The notes: generated from the letters alone by a model not told the origin. Shown: positions 12,897-25,577, numbered from the stretch's first letter. The stretch is 64,000 nt of DNA from Eledone cirrhosa (GCA_964016885.1 OZ024763.1:18538001-18602000), one strand, 5' to 3'. Numbers and translations: made by a program.

Positions 12897-13181
12897 CTTG
12901 GTTAAGAGAGTGGGACTGGTTTTGTGCAGTGCCTTTGCTCACTATAAAAGCTTCACGGCACAGGCATTGCTTTATATCTGGAGATCTCTCTGCACTTGTC
13001 ATCACAGGGTACCATGGGCCCAGCACTATGTGTCAATAATTGTCACAAGTGTAGTGTTTGTACCAGAGTTTCCAAGTCGCTGGCTGGACTAAAAAGTCAC
13101 ATTCGTTCAGCGCATCGGTAGGGGTTCTCCTACATGGATATAAAGTAGTGGCCGTACTCGAAAACGAGTTGGCAACCACCA
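12897..13181 (+). mobile_element. Second copy of the RTE 3' end (direct repeat of 12130-12412)
   Basis: 13050-13121 encodes [23 protein letters not shown] (C2H2), matching the end of ORF 16951-17943 ([11 protein letters not shown]). Confidence 0.75.
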
Positions 13182-13744
13182 TGTATATATATGTGTCTGT
13201 GTGTAATCTATATACCATAATAATACAGTGTGTATATATATGTCTGTATGTATGTATGTAGATGTGTGTATGTATGTATATATGTAGATGTGTGTATGTA
13301 TATATGTAGATGTGTGTATGTATGTATGTAGATGTGTGTATGTATGTATATATGTAGATGTGTGTATGTATGTATGTATGTATGTATGTAGATGTGTGTA
13401 TGTATGTAGATGTGTGTATGTATGTATGTATGTAGATGTGAGTATGTATGTATGTAGATGTGTGTATGTATGTATATATGTAGATGTGTGTATGTATGTA
13501 TGTATGTATGTATGTATGTATGTATGTATGTATGTAGATGTGTGTATGTATGTATGTAGATGTGTGTATGTATGTAGATGTGTGTATGTATGTATATATG
13601 TAGATGTGTGTATGTATGTATGTGTGTGTCTGTATGTGTGTATGTCTATGTATATGTGTGTGTCATATGTATAAGTTATAGTATGAGGTAAGCCTCTGTG
13701 ACCATGTAGTTCCCAACGCTGTATTTTTACCTATGGAAGCCTAA

Positions 13745-13916
13745 TAATTGTTTCTACTTTTGGCACAAGGCCAGCAATTACGCAGCGCATTACTGGTACT
13801 TTATTTTATCGACCTCGTAAGCTAACCTAGGCGGGATTTGTACTCAGAATGGCAAGGGCCGTAACTCTGTGCGTCAAAGTATGGCGCCCGACCCTCTACC
13901 GATACTGCCAATCCAC
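13745..13916 (-). mobile_element. tRNA-derived SINE family A
   Basis: Minus strand has an A-box-like TGGCAGTATCGG, a B-box-like GAGTACAAATCC and the family core. Confidence 0.8.
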
Positions 13917-13931
13917 TATACAAATGGTTAA

Positions 13932-14581
13932 CCCTTTAGCATTTACATTACTCTATATATATACTATGGTATTTTCTCAGTAAAGGCTTTACCTCACATA
14001 ATTATCTCACATAACATCTACATTACTCTATATATTATGGTATTTTCACAGTAAAGGCTTTACCTCACATAATTATCTCACATAATATTGAATCTACGAG
14101 ATTTTGATATTATTTATTTGGAGAACAATACCTTAACATCAGTATGAGTGGCTAGTTACGGCTGGTTTAAAAAGAAAGAGGTGGCTGGATAATGCTGGCT
14201 GGATATGGCTGGTTTAAATGCTGAAGGGTTAACCCTTTAATGTTCAAACCGGCCAGAATTCTCTACCTCTTTCTGTTGAAACTGGCTGTAACTGGTCGCT
14301 CAAACTGATAAGGTATTCTTCTCAAAATAAATACTTTCAAAATCTCATAGATTCGATATTATGTGAGATAATTATGTGATAAAACCTTTACCGTGAAAAT
14401 ATAATAGTATATATAGAGTAATGTGAATGTTATGTGAGATATTATGTGAGGTAAAGCCTTTACCGTGAAAATATAATAGTATATATAGAGTAATGTGAAT
14501 GTTATGTGAGATATTATGTGAGGTAAAGCCTTTACCGTGAAAATATAATAGTATATATAGAGTAATGTGAACGCTAAAGGG
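13932..14581. mobile_element. Two adjacent piggyBac-like (TTAA) MITEs in opposite orientation sharing one TTAA
   Basis: TTAA|CCCTTTAGCATTTA...TAAATGCTGAAGGG|TTAA|CCCTTTAATGTTCA...GAACGCTAAAGGG|TTAA; elements at 13932-14228 and 14233-14581. Confidence 0.8.
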
Positions 14582-15329
14582 TTAATGATCCAGCCACCAT
14601 ATTGTTTCTCACCCATGATAATCAAAGACAGGTCATACATCTGAAGATAGCTTATCTGACTTTAACAGAAAGTGCTCCTGGTCCAAGTGGTGCTGTGCTT
14701 CCCTTGAAGCTCATCAGGCAGGTGCTTATCCTTGGTTTCTGTGGTGTGAAGTGACTGAGAGTACATGACTTCCCTTGGATAAGATGCCAGTCCATCACAA
14801 GATTAAACTCCTAGCTATTGGTGCAAGTTTTTTAAAGATAAATATAAACACTTCAAAATAAAAGTTTCGTACCATAGAACCATGAATGATCTCAGGTAGT
14901 TTGGAACATAACTTAACAAAGGTTCTTAGATAGAATTATGATGGAAGGTTTTTACTACTACAACTACTACCACCACCACTTCTCATAGTACTAATTTAAG
15001 ACTGGTCATCATCACTATTTAACGTCCATTTTTCCATACTAGCATGGGTTAGACGAGTTGTCCTGTTGTGAGAAATGCCAGGTTAGGTGACCATGTCTTG
15101 CTCCTACAGAATTGATTTTGGCTTGGTTTCTCTAGCTGGATGCCCTTCCTAACGCCAACCACTTTACAGTGTGAGCAGGGTGTTTTTTGTCATGTCACCA
15201 TCACAACCACTTTACAGTGTGGATTGGGGGCTTCACTAGATGTATACTTCAGCCTGTCTTCATGGGAGATGTATGGAAAGGTGGAATGGGGTGGAGGTGG
15301 GGTTGGTGCATACTGCATACATATGCTTC

Positions 15330-15501
15330 AGCTTGTGCCTGTGGGGAAGTGGGTCTTCTGTAATACTGCATAACACCAGAGATCTCGGTCCTGTGTCATC
15401 GTCTTGGAGAGGGGCAATTGATAAAGATCAGCTTTTATCACCTCATTCCAAGACTTCCTGGGTCTCCCCACTCGAAGGCTTCCATCGACTTTGAGCACTC
15501 T
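15330..15501 (-). mobile_element. RTE LINE C-terminal fragment
   Basis: Translates RVLKVDGSLRVGRPRKSWNEVIKADLYQLPLSKTMTQDRDLWCYAV, the GRPRK.W......D........DR..W motif. Confidence 0.75.
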
Positions 15502-15516
15502 AGATTAATAATTTAA

Positions 15517-15938
15517 CCCTTTAACATTTAAATCGGCCATATCCGACCAGAATTCTTCTCACCTCTTTCTATCCAAACCAGCTGTAACTGACCGCTTATA
15601 CTGATGTTAAGGTATTGTTCTCAAAATAAATATCATCAAAATCTCATAGATTTGATATTATGTGAGGTAAAGCCTTTACCATGAAAATACAATAGTAAAT
15701 ATAGAGTAATGTAAATACTAAAGGGTTAAAGTGTGAGGTGAAGCCTTTACCATGAAAATACAATAGTAAATATAGAGTACTGTAAATGCTAAAGGGTTAA
15801 AGTGTGAGGTAAAGCTTTTACCATGAAAATACAATAGTAAATATAGAGTAATGTAAATACTAAAGGGTTAAAGTGTGAGGTAAAGTCTTAACCATGAATA
15901 TATAATAGTAAATATAGAGTACTGTAAATGCTAAAGGG
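15517..15938. mobile_element. piggyBac-like MITE with four tandem right ends
   Basis: Starts TTAA|CCCTTTAACATTTA; the ~71-bp end unit ending TAAAGGGTTAA occurs four times (15725, ~15796, ~15867, 15938). Confidence 0.75.
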
Positions 15939-16299
15939 TTAAAAAAAAAACGGTTTTGATCACTAAAATCTTTACAAATTCTTGAATATTTAAAAAAAGA
16001 TTTGAAAATCGGAGGATGTATCTTTGATTAGAAATGTGCTAATGAAAGAGTTCAATATTTACTCACATAGTAAAACACAACAATAATTATAGGTATAAAT
16101 GAGATTTTAATCTGGGTAGAGAGGCTGTTGGTTTCTAAACAGTTGTCCATAGGTATTTTCTGTCTCGCTGGTTCTGAATGGAATGTTCACACCTGCAGAG
16201 ATAGTTGACATTCATAACTATACATAATTTTACTCTTTTCTTGTCTGTGTCTCAAAACAACTACATTAGGCTGTGACAGACGATGACTGTTTCAATGTG

Positions 16300-16387
16300 T
16301 GAGTGTGTATGTATGTATGTATGTGTGTATGTATGTAATGTGTTGTGTGTATGTAATGTATGTATGTAATGTATGTATGTATGTATG

Positions 16388-16418
<31 letters not shown>

Positions 16419-16495
16419 TGTGTTGTGTATGTAATGTATGTATGTATGTATGGTGTGTGTATGTATGTATGTATGTATGTATGTATCTATGTATG

Positions 16496-16526
<31 letters not shown>

Positions 16527-17000
16527 TGTGTTGTGTGTATGTAATGTATGTATGTATGTATGTATGTATGTATGTATGTATGTATGTATGTATGTGTATG
16601 TATGTATGTATGTATGTATGTATGTATGTGTTGTGTGTATGTAATGTATGTATGTATGTGTTGTGTGTATGTATTTATGTATGTGTTGTGTGTTGTATGT
16701 GTTGTGTGTATGTATGTATGTGTTGTGTGTATGTATGTATGTGTTGTGTGTATGTATGTGTGTATGTATGGTTGTGTTGTATGTATGTATGTATGGTTGT
16801 GTTGTATGTATGTATGTATGTGTTGTGTGTATGTATGTATGTATGTATGTATGTATGTATGTATGTATGTATGTATGTATGTATGTGGTGTGTATGTAAT
16901 GTATGTATGTGTTGTATGTATGTATGTAATGTGTTGTGTGTATGTAATGTATGTATGTGTGTATGTATGTATGTGTTGTGTGTATGTATGTATGTATGTG
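16300..17000. repeat. (TATG)n/(TGTTG) compound microsatellite
   Basis: Direct inspection. Confidence 0.9.
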
Positions 17001-18179
17001 TTGTGACAGTGAAATCTCACTTAGGATTAGGAAAGCAAGTGATGCTTTCGGAAAGCTAGAAAGGCGACTCTGGGGTCGGCGAGACATATGCAGGAGGACA
17101 AAGGTAAAGGTGTACAGGGCATGTGTACTCTCTTGTCTTCTTTATGCCTGCGAGACCTGGGTCACATATCGGCACCACCTTAAGCAATTGGAGCGTTTCC
17201 ATCAGATGTGTCTCAGACGGATCCATGGCATTCACTGGAGGGACCACATCAGTGATGTCGAGATTTTGGAAAGCTCTATGTGTGACAGTATAGAAGCTCT
17301 TGTGCTTAAGCAGCGACTCCGTTGGAGTGGTCACCTTGCCAGGATGAAGGATTCTAGAATACCAAAACAACTCTTTTATGGAGAGTTGGTTAAAGGAAAA
17401 CGACTGCCACATAAACCAAAAAAGAGGTATAAGGATTCCTTGAAAGCCTCTCTGAAAGACGCTAACATCTCTGCTGATACATGGGAAAATATTGCTGCTG
17501 ATCGTAATAAATGGAGAAAGACTGTATATGAGGGAAAAGTTGCCTTTGAGGCATCTCGAATCGCATACGAGAAAGTAAAGCGGGATGTGAGGAAGGGCAT
17601 TGCTGTTGCACTTCCAGACGACGAGGGTCCTCCTATGGTGCTGACATGCAGCGTCTGTGCGAGACTCTGCCTAAGCAAAGCTGGACTCGAAAGTCATCTT
17701 CGCAGTCATAAAGTAAGACCAGTGGTTGACTACCAGGCTGCTGTTGGAGATGCTACTCATCATGCTTGCCAAACATGTGGTAGAGAATGTAAATCAGCAG
17801 GAGGGCTCAAGCGACATGCAAAAGTACACGAACTCCAACCACAGCCGACTATTCCCAGTGAATGTTTTGGTCGCCGATTCTGTGCAAGACATTTTAGATC
17901 ATTGGCTGGGCTAAAAAGCCACATTCGATCGCAGCGCTGTTAGTTGCTATCGTGTGTGTGTGTGTGTGTAGATATGCTTATGTGTGTGCGTGTGTGTGTA
18001 TATATATATGTATATGTATATTATTATTGTTGTTGTCGTTATTATTATTGTTGTTATTATAAAGTACCAGTGATGCACTGAATAATTGCTGGCCTTGTAC
18101 CTAAAGTAGAAACAATTATTATTATTATTATTATTGTTATTAATGTATGTGTGTGTGTATATGTGTGTGTGTATATGTG

Positions 18180-18228
<49 letters not shown>

Positions 18229-18322
18229 TTTTTTTTTCTTTTTATTTATTTATCATTATTATTATTATTTTTTTTTCTTCTCGTGCAATGGCCATACTCG
18301 ATAACGAGGGGGCAGCCATCAT
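17000..18322 (+). mobile_element. 5'-truncated RTE-clade (BovB-like) LINE: post-RT region plus three C-terminal C2H2-like zinc fingers and a 3'UTR
   Basis: ORF to 17943 reads DSEISLRIRKASDAFGKL...KVYRACVLSCLLYACETW...LRWSGHLARMKDSRIPKQLFYGEL...RYKDSLK...WRK, then CSVC..HLRSH, CQTC..HAKVH and a degenerate third finger. A conserved 3' end ggccatactcgataacgag..gcagccatc lies at ~18290-18320. Confidence 0.9.
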
Positions 18323-18966
18323 GTGTTGTGTGTATGTATGTATGTGTTGTGTGTATGTATGTGTTGTGTGTTGTATGTATGTGTTGTGTGTATGTATGTA
18401 TGTGTGTATGTATGTGTGTATGTATGTGTTGTGTGTATGTGTATAAGTGTGTGTATATATCAGCAACCTGTACTATCACTACTGCAATAATATATATCTG
18501 GACAATGTGTGAAAACACCACCACCACTCACCACCACTCCAATAATACACAGACCCCCCCACTCACCAGCACCACCACCAGCACCACCACTCACCAGCAC
18601 CACCACTCACCACCACCACCACCACCACCCGCCACCACCACCCATCACCACCACCCACCACCACTCACCACTCACCACTCACCAGCACTACCACCACCAC
18701 TACACTCAGAAACACACACACACACATACAGACATACACCCACACAGCCACACACTCCTGCCTCCCCTTCCTCCATCACAGTTCTCTAATTTCTCTCATC
18801 ACCTATCTTCACCCTTGTCCAATAGGACACCTTAATCTCTCTACACCCCTATGTCTCTCTCTCTCTCGTCACACTCAGACTCTCTCTCTCTCTCCTCTTT
18901 CTCTCTCTGGTCATACACACACACACACACAAGCACACACACACACACAAGCACACAAACACACAA

Positions 18967-18999
<33 letters not shown>

Positions 19000-19141
19000 C
19001 AAACACACACACAAACACACACACACACAAACACACACACAAACACACACACACACAAACATATATTTAATACGAAGAAATACCAATGATAATCAGCAGA
19101 CCACTGATGATGGACAGTCCCCGTTTCTCGGTCTATTTTCA

Positions 19142-19181
<40 letters not shown>

Positions 19182-19427
19182 TAACAGATTAAAGTTTAAG
19201 CAAAGAGCCGCTGCTTTCACCCCTAACGAGATCCTCTGAAACTAAAAAACATTTGCTCTACGGTTCTTATATATCTGATATATATTTATCCTTATCGAGC
19301 CCTCTTTGGATTTTAGTCTTCAAATTTATTATTATTACTATATATAAATAAAGTACCAGTAATGTACTGGGTAATTGCTGGCCTTGTGCCAAAAGTAGAA
19401 ACGATTATTACTATATATAGGGTAAAA

Positions 19428-19768
19428 GGGTAAAGACCCCCTTCGGTCACGAATGACCATGGGATTTGCACCTAGAAAGTTTTCCTCCGAGGCACAAGTT
19501 CAGGCAAGGTTGTTTGTGGAAGACCAATAGTCGTCCATGCATACCAGTCTCCCCTCTCCACGTCACCGATGAGGCCCAAGGGAAAGGCAATGGCCGATAC
19601 AGCTTGGCACCAGTGACGTCGCAACTCATTTCTGCAGCTGAGTAAACTGGAGCAATGTGAAATAAAGTGTCTTGCTCAAGGAAACAACACATCACCCGGT
19701 CTGAGAATTGAACTCACAACCTTTCGATTGCAAGCCCATTACTCTAACCACTAAGCCATGCGCCTTCA

Positions 19769-19770
<2 letters not shown>
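19428..19770 (-). mobile_element. tRNA-derived SINE family B
   Basis: Minus strand: GGCGCATGGCTTAGTGGTTAGAG (A box) ... GAGTTCAATTC (B box) ... ccttgagcaagacactttatttcac core. Confidence 0.85.
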
Positions 19771-19826
<56 letters not shown>

Positions 19827-20696
19827 TAAAGTATGTCCATAGAATCATTTGATAATATATATACACCATTTCCTCTCCCAATTAGCATAATCAACCATAC
19901 AAAAAAACAATTAAACCAGGCTATAAGATTAAAAGGCACCTATGAAGAAATAGTAGATAAATAAACAACAACAATCTATTCGCGATCAACTGCTATAGAA
20001 TATTTACCCAACATTTCAATAGCACGTGGAAATCGATTAAATATACCGTCAACCATACACAATTAGGTATAAAATTAAAGTTAGAAGAAAAAATGCATAT
20101 ACACAAACCAGGATTACGTTTCTACCCTTAGGTTCGCTTTCGGAAATATCCTATCAAGGATAAATTCTCGAGCTTCGAACTCATCAGGAAACAAACTCAC
20201 TTTGACAAAGATTTCTCTTAAATGATCCCCGCCAGAAACGAATTCAAAATGGCTAAGAACTGTGACGTGGCAGTGGTCAAGTCAGAAAGAATGTGATTGG
20301 TGCCTTGCGGCGAGTGGGTTGGTTGCTAGAAAGCGCAGCCCAATATTGCCCAAATTGCATCTCAACCATATGGGAGATTATCAAATATAAAGATTTACAT
20401 ATACACAAACTAGACAAAGTCCCTGATATATATGTTTTGGCAACCATTCACGATGTGGCTCAATGATGAATTAATAAATTAAATAATCAGAGCAATATAC
20501 TAGAAAGTATGTCCATAGAATCATTTGATAATATATATATATACACCATTTCCTCTCCCAATTAGCATAATCAACCACACAAAAAAAAAAAACAATTAAA
20601 CCAAGCTATAAGATTAAAAGGCACCTATGAAAAAATAGTAGATAAATAAACGACAGCAATCTATTCGCGATCAACCGCTATAGAATATTTACCCAA
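19827..20696. mobile_element. Element bounded by ~190-bp direct repeats (pseudo-LTR-like) enclosing a degenerate hammerhead-like motif
   Basis: aaagtatgtccatagaatcatttgat...gaatatttacccaa occurs at 19827-20011 and 20503-20696. Minus strand 20117-20193 has UGUUUC CUGAUGA ... UA GAAACG. Confidence 0.5.
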
Positions 20697-20754
20697 TATA
20701 TATATATATATATATATAAAGAAGAAATTAAAAGATGGTTAAAAAAGTTCCATA

Positions 20755-20821
20755 TATTTTATTATGCGCATTTCGAAAACATCTTCCTGGGACAAAAATT
20801 GTGTTCTCATCAGATAAAATA
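20755..20821 (-). ncRNA. Type-I hammerhead ribozyme (UGCGCA subfamily) in fold-back 20716-20925
   Basis: UAUUUUAU CUGAUGA GAACACA...UGUUUUC GAAA UGCGCA UA^AUAAAAUA. Confidence 0.75.
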
Positions 20822-21010
20822 AGGTAACATGTTATAAGGACAAGAAAGTGTCCAGTCAACAGTTTTCGAAATGCGCATAATAAAATATATGGAACTTTTT
20901 TAACCATCTTTTAATTTCTTCTTTATATATACTCCAGTTCTACCAACTGTTGAGTGCTACTTATCTGATATATGCATAGTTTTATTGTTCTACAATATTA
21001 CTCACCTCCT

Positions 21011-21059
<49 letters not shown>

Positions 21060-21060
<1 letters not shown>

Positions 21061-21250
21061 GAAAAGTATGACCCCGACGGCAGAGCTCAAGCTGTTTCGA
21101 CGGCTATTTCTGGACTCAGAAATAGCCGTCGAAACGGCTTGAGCTCTGCCGTCGGGGTCATACTTTTTCCTATTTCCCACTCTACTACCCTAAGTATTGA
21201 GTACTCTGGTGCGTTATGGTCCATCTGGTTCCTTACCACAATTCCTTTGT

Positions 21251-21252
<2 letters not shown>
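21060..21252 (+). mobile_element. CCCCGACGGC fold-back element
   Basis: Near-perfect ~50-bp hairpin plus the family tail, followed by (TA)n. Confidence 0.75.
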
Positions 21253-21283
<31 letters not shown>

Positions 21284-21366
21284 TGGATCGTCAAGTATGA
21301 AATTTGTAGAAATTCATTTTCTTTTCTACAAATTTCATACTTGACCCAATATATTTATATATATTC

Positions 21367-21398
<32 letters not shown>

Positions 21399-21579
21399 CA
21401 CATATATATATATATATGTGTGTCTGTGTGTGTAGAAAACAAAAGGGAGTGAGTGGTTTAGGGGAAATTCAGCTTGTCTTGTATAAGACCCAGATAAGTG
21501 GTGTCTTGAACTCTCTCCCCTTCTCTCGCTCTCTCTTTCTCCCCCATCTCTCTCTCTCTCTCTCTCTATATGTTCTGTG

Positions 21580-21667
<88 letters not shown>

Positions 21668-21693
21668 TATACACACACACATATATATATATA

Positions 21694-21769
21694 CAGAGTG
21701 TTCCCCAAAATGTATACACACTTTGATTAGAATGCTGTTGAAGTGTGTATACATTTTTGGGACACCTTG
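21694..21769. mobile_element. Tc1/mariner-like MITE (~76 bp)
   Basis: TA|CAGAGTGTTCCCCAAAATGTATACAC...GTGTATACATTTTTGGGACACCTTG|TA. Confidence 0.7.
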
Positions 21770-21800
<31 letters not shown>

Positions 21801-21819
21801 ATATATATATGTGTGTGTG

Positions 21820-21854
<35 letters not shown>

Positions 21855-22033
21855 GAGGAGGAAAGACAAAGTGTGTGTGAGAGAGAAACACAGGATAGGG
21901 AGTAATTTAAGGGATATTCAGCTGTTCTTGTGTGGACCCCGATAAGGGGTTTGTTGGTTAAGTTGTGGATCCCACATGTCTCTGGTGTTTGTACAGAGAT
22001 AGATAGGGGTGTATTGTTAATAGGGTTGATTAC

Positions 22034-22169
<136 letters not shown>

Positions 22170-22610
22170 GGCATACGTCAAGACGGGCGGTCTCAAAAGT
22201 GAAACTAATTTTTGACAGTTACGATTGTGAATTTGTTTTTTTACAACAGGTCTCAATAGTGAAAGTATAATGCAGACACACGCAATTGTATGGATTTCTT
22301 AATATATATATGTGTGGGTGTGTATATGTGTGTATATATATGTGTGTGTGTATGTATATATATATATATATATATATGTGTGTTTGTGTCATCATCAGCG
22401 TTTAACGTCTATCTTCCACGCAAGCATGGGTTTAGGCGTATATATATGTTTGTATGTATATATGTGTTTGTGTGTATATATATGTGTGTTTGTGTGTATA
22501 TATATGTGTCTGTTGTAAAAAAACAAACAAATTCACAATCCAAATTGAAAGTAATCACTTACGTAACTGTCAAAAATTAGTTTCACTTTTGAGACCGCCC
22601 GTCTTGACGT

Positions 22611-22679
<69 letters not shown>

Positions 22680-22821
22680 CCAAAAGTTAAACAAGGTTCA
22701 TTGATTAATCAATGAATATAGTTTTACAATAGATTAGAAGAACTCCACAGAAAAAAGGTTTCTGGAGTTATTAATATTGATTCAAAATATTAATAAATAT
22801 AAACATTCATGTAATCAAATA

Positions 22822-22887
22822 TATTTTATTATATATATTTCTAAGGTACTGTACTGTTTCCTCAGTACGTCCTCATCAGATAAAATA
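22822..22887 (-). ncRNA. Type-I hammerhead motif (AUUUUAU family)
   Basis: UAUUUUAU CUGAUGA GGAC GUACUG..CAGUAC CUUA GAAA UAUAUA UA^AUAAAAUA; same subfamily as 5129. Confidence 0.7.
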
Positions 22888-23107
22888 AATTGATGTCTGA
22901 CATAACCTCAACTGTGCTGATGGTTCAATTCCAGTCTTGGCAGTGATTAGTTATGACAAAACTCAATATTTATACACCATAAGTTGTAACATGACAAACT
23001 ACATATAATTGAGAGGGTACGTAGGAAAGCGTGTAGAAGAAAAAAAAAACATATATAGATAAGTAAAATACATAAACACATAAGTACATAACTGTTAAAC
23101 TGTGTAT

Positions 23108-23154
23108 GTCTATGTAAATCTTTCGTCACACATTCTGTCAACTCATCAGTGACC
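23108..23154 (-). ncRNA. Degenerate hammerhead core downstream of the GIY-YIG remnant
   Basis: GGUCA CUGAUGA GUUGACA gaa UGUGUGAC GAAA GAUUUA..; stems I and III are imperfect. Confidence 0.5.
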
Positions 23155-23337
23155 GGAGATTATTTTCTTTGTTTTGTGCCTCTCCTTTGTTCTGTCCTAT
23201 GCCATCTTGTTTTTGTGTGTGTTGTGTGCTTAGTTTGCGCATGTGTTACATCCGGGTGTCTGTGTGTGTTTTTATTTGTTTATTTACATGTTACTAGTTT
23301 TATGTTTGTTCTATGTATGTGTGTTTTCATTTTGTCC

Positions 23338-23583
23338 TTAATTGTAAGTTGTGATGTTGCTATTCCATTCATGTTTTCTATTTAATTTTGGTTGGAGTTC
23401 ATTTATGTTTATTGCCTCTGTGATTTGTCTAAACATTGCGTCTTTTCTGTGTGTAGATTTTATTTTTATCTCTATGTTCTCTAATTTACCCTTATGTTCT
23501 ATTTTAGTATGTTGGTGGAGTACTGATGAGTCTTTTCTATCTTGGAGTTCACTCTTTTTTCCTTTACCTTTTCTACGGAAATA
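23338..23583 (-). pseudogene. C-terminal fragment of a Penelope-like element GIY-YIG endonuclease
   Basis: ...DSSVLHQHTKIEHKGKLENIEIKIKSTHRKDAMFRQITEAININELQPKLNRKHEWN fits the S.L..H...H ... RQ..EA..I....P.LN.K.EW pattern I recognise from PLE GIY-YIG C-termini. It is 5'-truncated at a microsatellite. Confidence 0.75.
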
Positions 23584-23607
23584 CTTAACACACACACACA
23601 CACACAC

Positions 23608-23660
<53 letters not shown>

Positions 23661-23666
<6 letters not shown>

Positions 23667-23860
23667 TTGACATACCCGGAAAAAAGACAACCTTAACGGT
23701 TGAAGTTCCCTGTTAAGGTTGTCTTTTTTCCGGGTATGTCAATATTTATTTATAAAACAAATCTATATTTTATCTGCTGAAAGCGCACCATAATTTGCCT
23801 TGGTTGCTCTTGAAATATATATAATAAAATAATTATGGTTTTATAAATATAGTTTCCATT
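23661..23860 (+). mobile_element. HHR-family element with a 5' fold-back (23661-23749) and a mutated hammerhead (CUGCUGA, 23766-23831)
   Basis: Hairpin aaatattgacatacccgg..ccgggtatgtcaatattt, then AUUUUAU CUGCUGA AAGC GCACCA..UGGUUGC UCUU GAAA UAUAUA UA AUAAAAU. Confidence 0.65.
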
Positions 23861-23961
23861 TATTAATATATTGACTATTTACTCCACTAAGCTGTTGAGT
23901 GGTTTATATCAGTTATAAAATTTTTAAACTTGTTGAATCCCAACAAATTAAATATAACCTC

Positions 23962-24029
<68 letters not shown>

Positions 24030-24134
24030 AATAACAGATTTTAGTCTTCAAATTTATTATTATTACTATCAAAATTGTTTGTATCCTTGAAATATATATA
24101 ATAGAATAAATATGGTTTTATAAATATAGTTTCC

Positions 24135-24181
<47 letters not shown>

Positions 24182-24422
24182 CAATATATTTAGAAACACA
24201 CAGATACATGCGGACACACACATATATACATGAATGCATCCGCACCCAACTGTGAGTTAAGGGTGCCAACTTCACCGATGTTGCTCAATGAATGACTGGG
24301 ACAGACCAATTCAGTTGAACTAGACTGAACCAGTATCAGAGTTAAAAATACATTATGAAGAGAGAAGAAACATTTAGATATAATTAGTAATAAAATGTAT
24401 CATACCTAAACTGCTCCTAAAT

Positions 24423-24512
24423 TCCTCGACTACGTAGTTTCGTGGCATAAACAAAAACAATATATCATAAAGATATAGAGTCCTTGCGAGGTCTGCCGAC
24501 TTATCAAGAGGA
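24423..24512 (-). ncRNA. Hammerhead motif with a decayed core and long stem II
   Basis: UCCUC UUGAUAA GUCGGCA...UGCCAC GAAAC UACGUA GUC^GAGGA; stems are intact and the core has two transitions from CUGAUGA. Confidence 0.6.
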
Positions 24513-24861
24513 TACCTCATTTTACTAGTCTCAAGAACGCGTCTACACGACGTGAGAAAGAATCCCAAAAGGCGGAGGAGTCACGCGATATAACGGTCGA
24601 GAAACAGAGCTAAGCCTCTTATAACCCCGAAGAAAATACCACGGAGGCGGAGGGGGTATTTATATCGAGGCCGTAGAAGAGGTGGTGAAGAAGGCGAGAA
24701 GTATGAGTAATGGAAGCTTTCCAGCTGTCCCCACACTTCAAAGATTGCTCGACCAGAGGGAGTTATTAACAATATATTTAGAAACACACAGATACATGCG
24801 GACACACACGTATGATACATTTTATTACTAATTATATCTAAATGTTTCTTCTCTCTTCATA

Positions 24862-24895
<34 letters not shown>

Positions 24896-24898
<3 letters not shown>

Positions 24899-25085
24899 GA
24901 ACAAGTAAGACCCCGACGGCTGAGCTCAAGCCGTTTCGACGGCTAATTCTGAATTAGCCGTCGAAACGGCTTGAGCTCAGCCGTCGGGGTCTTACTTGTT
25001 CCTATTACCCACTCTACTACCCTAAGTATTGAGTACTTTGGTGCGTTATGGTCCACCTGGTTCCTTACCACATTTCCTTCGTTAT
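24896..25085 (+). mobile_element. CCCCGACGGC fold-back element
   Basis: Perfect hairpin with apex gctaattc-t-gaattagc plus the family tail. Confidence 0.75.
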
Positions 25086-25269
25086 ATATAATATATATAT
25101 ATGATTATTTAAATCGTTTTTTAATTTATTTAGAGAATTGTTTGATAACCGCTTGCTCCGCTATTTTTATATTGTTCTGGTATCTCAAATTAGTACCATC
25201 GAACCACAAATATTATAAACACCTTGCATATTTCTACAAGTACATAGTGCCTGTTGAAGTATTCATCCA

Positions 25270-25356
<87 letters not shown>

Positions 25357-25577
25357 CAAATAAAGATTCAGCGAGAATCGCATTTCGGCGGGCAGGAAAA
25401 GCGAAGCGAAACGCAAAAATCAGAAATGATACTGGCAAAGTGCTCAATAGTTAAAAACCAGAGCTAAACAATGTGTTAAGAAGCCATACAAAACTGAAAA
25501 GGTGGTCAAGAAGCCATTAACCACCCAAGCCCAAAACCAAATCAAGATAAACAGGTCAAAACAAAATAAATGATAAA

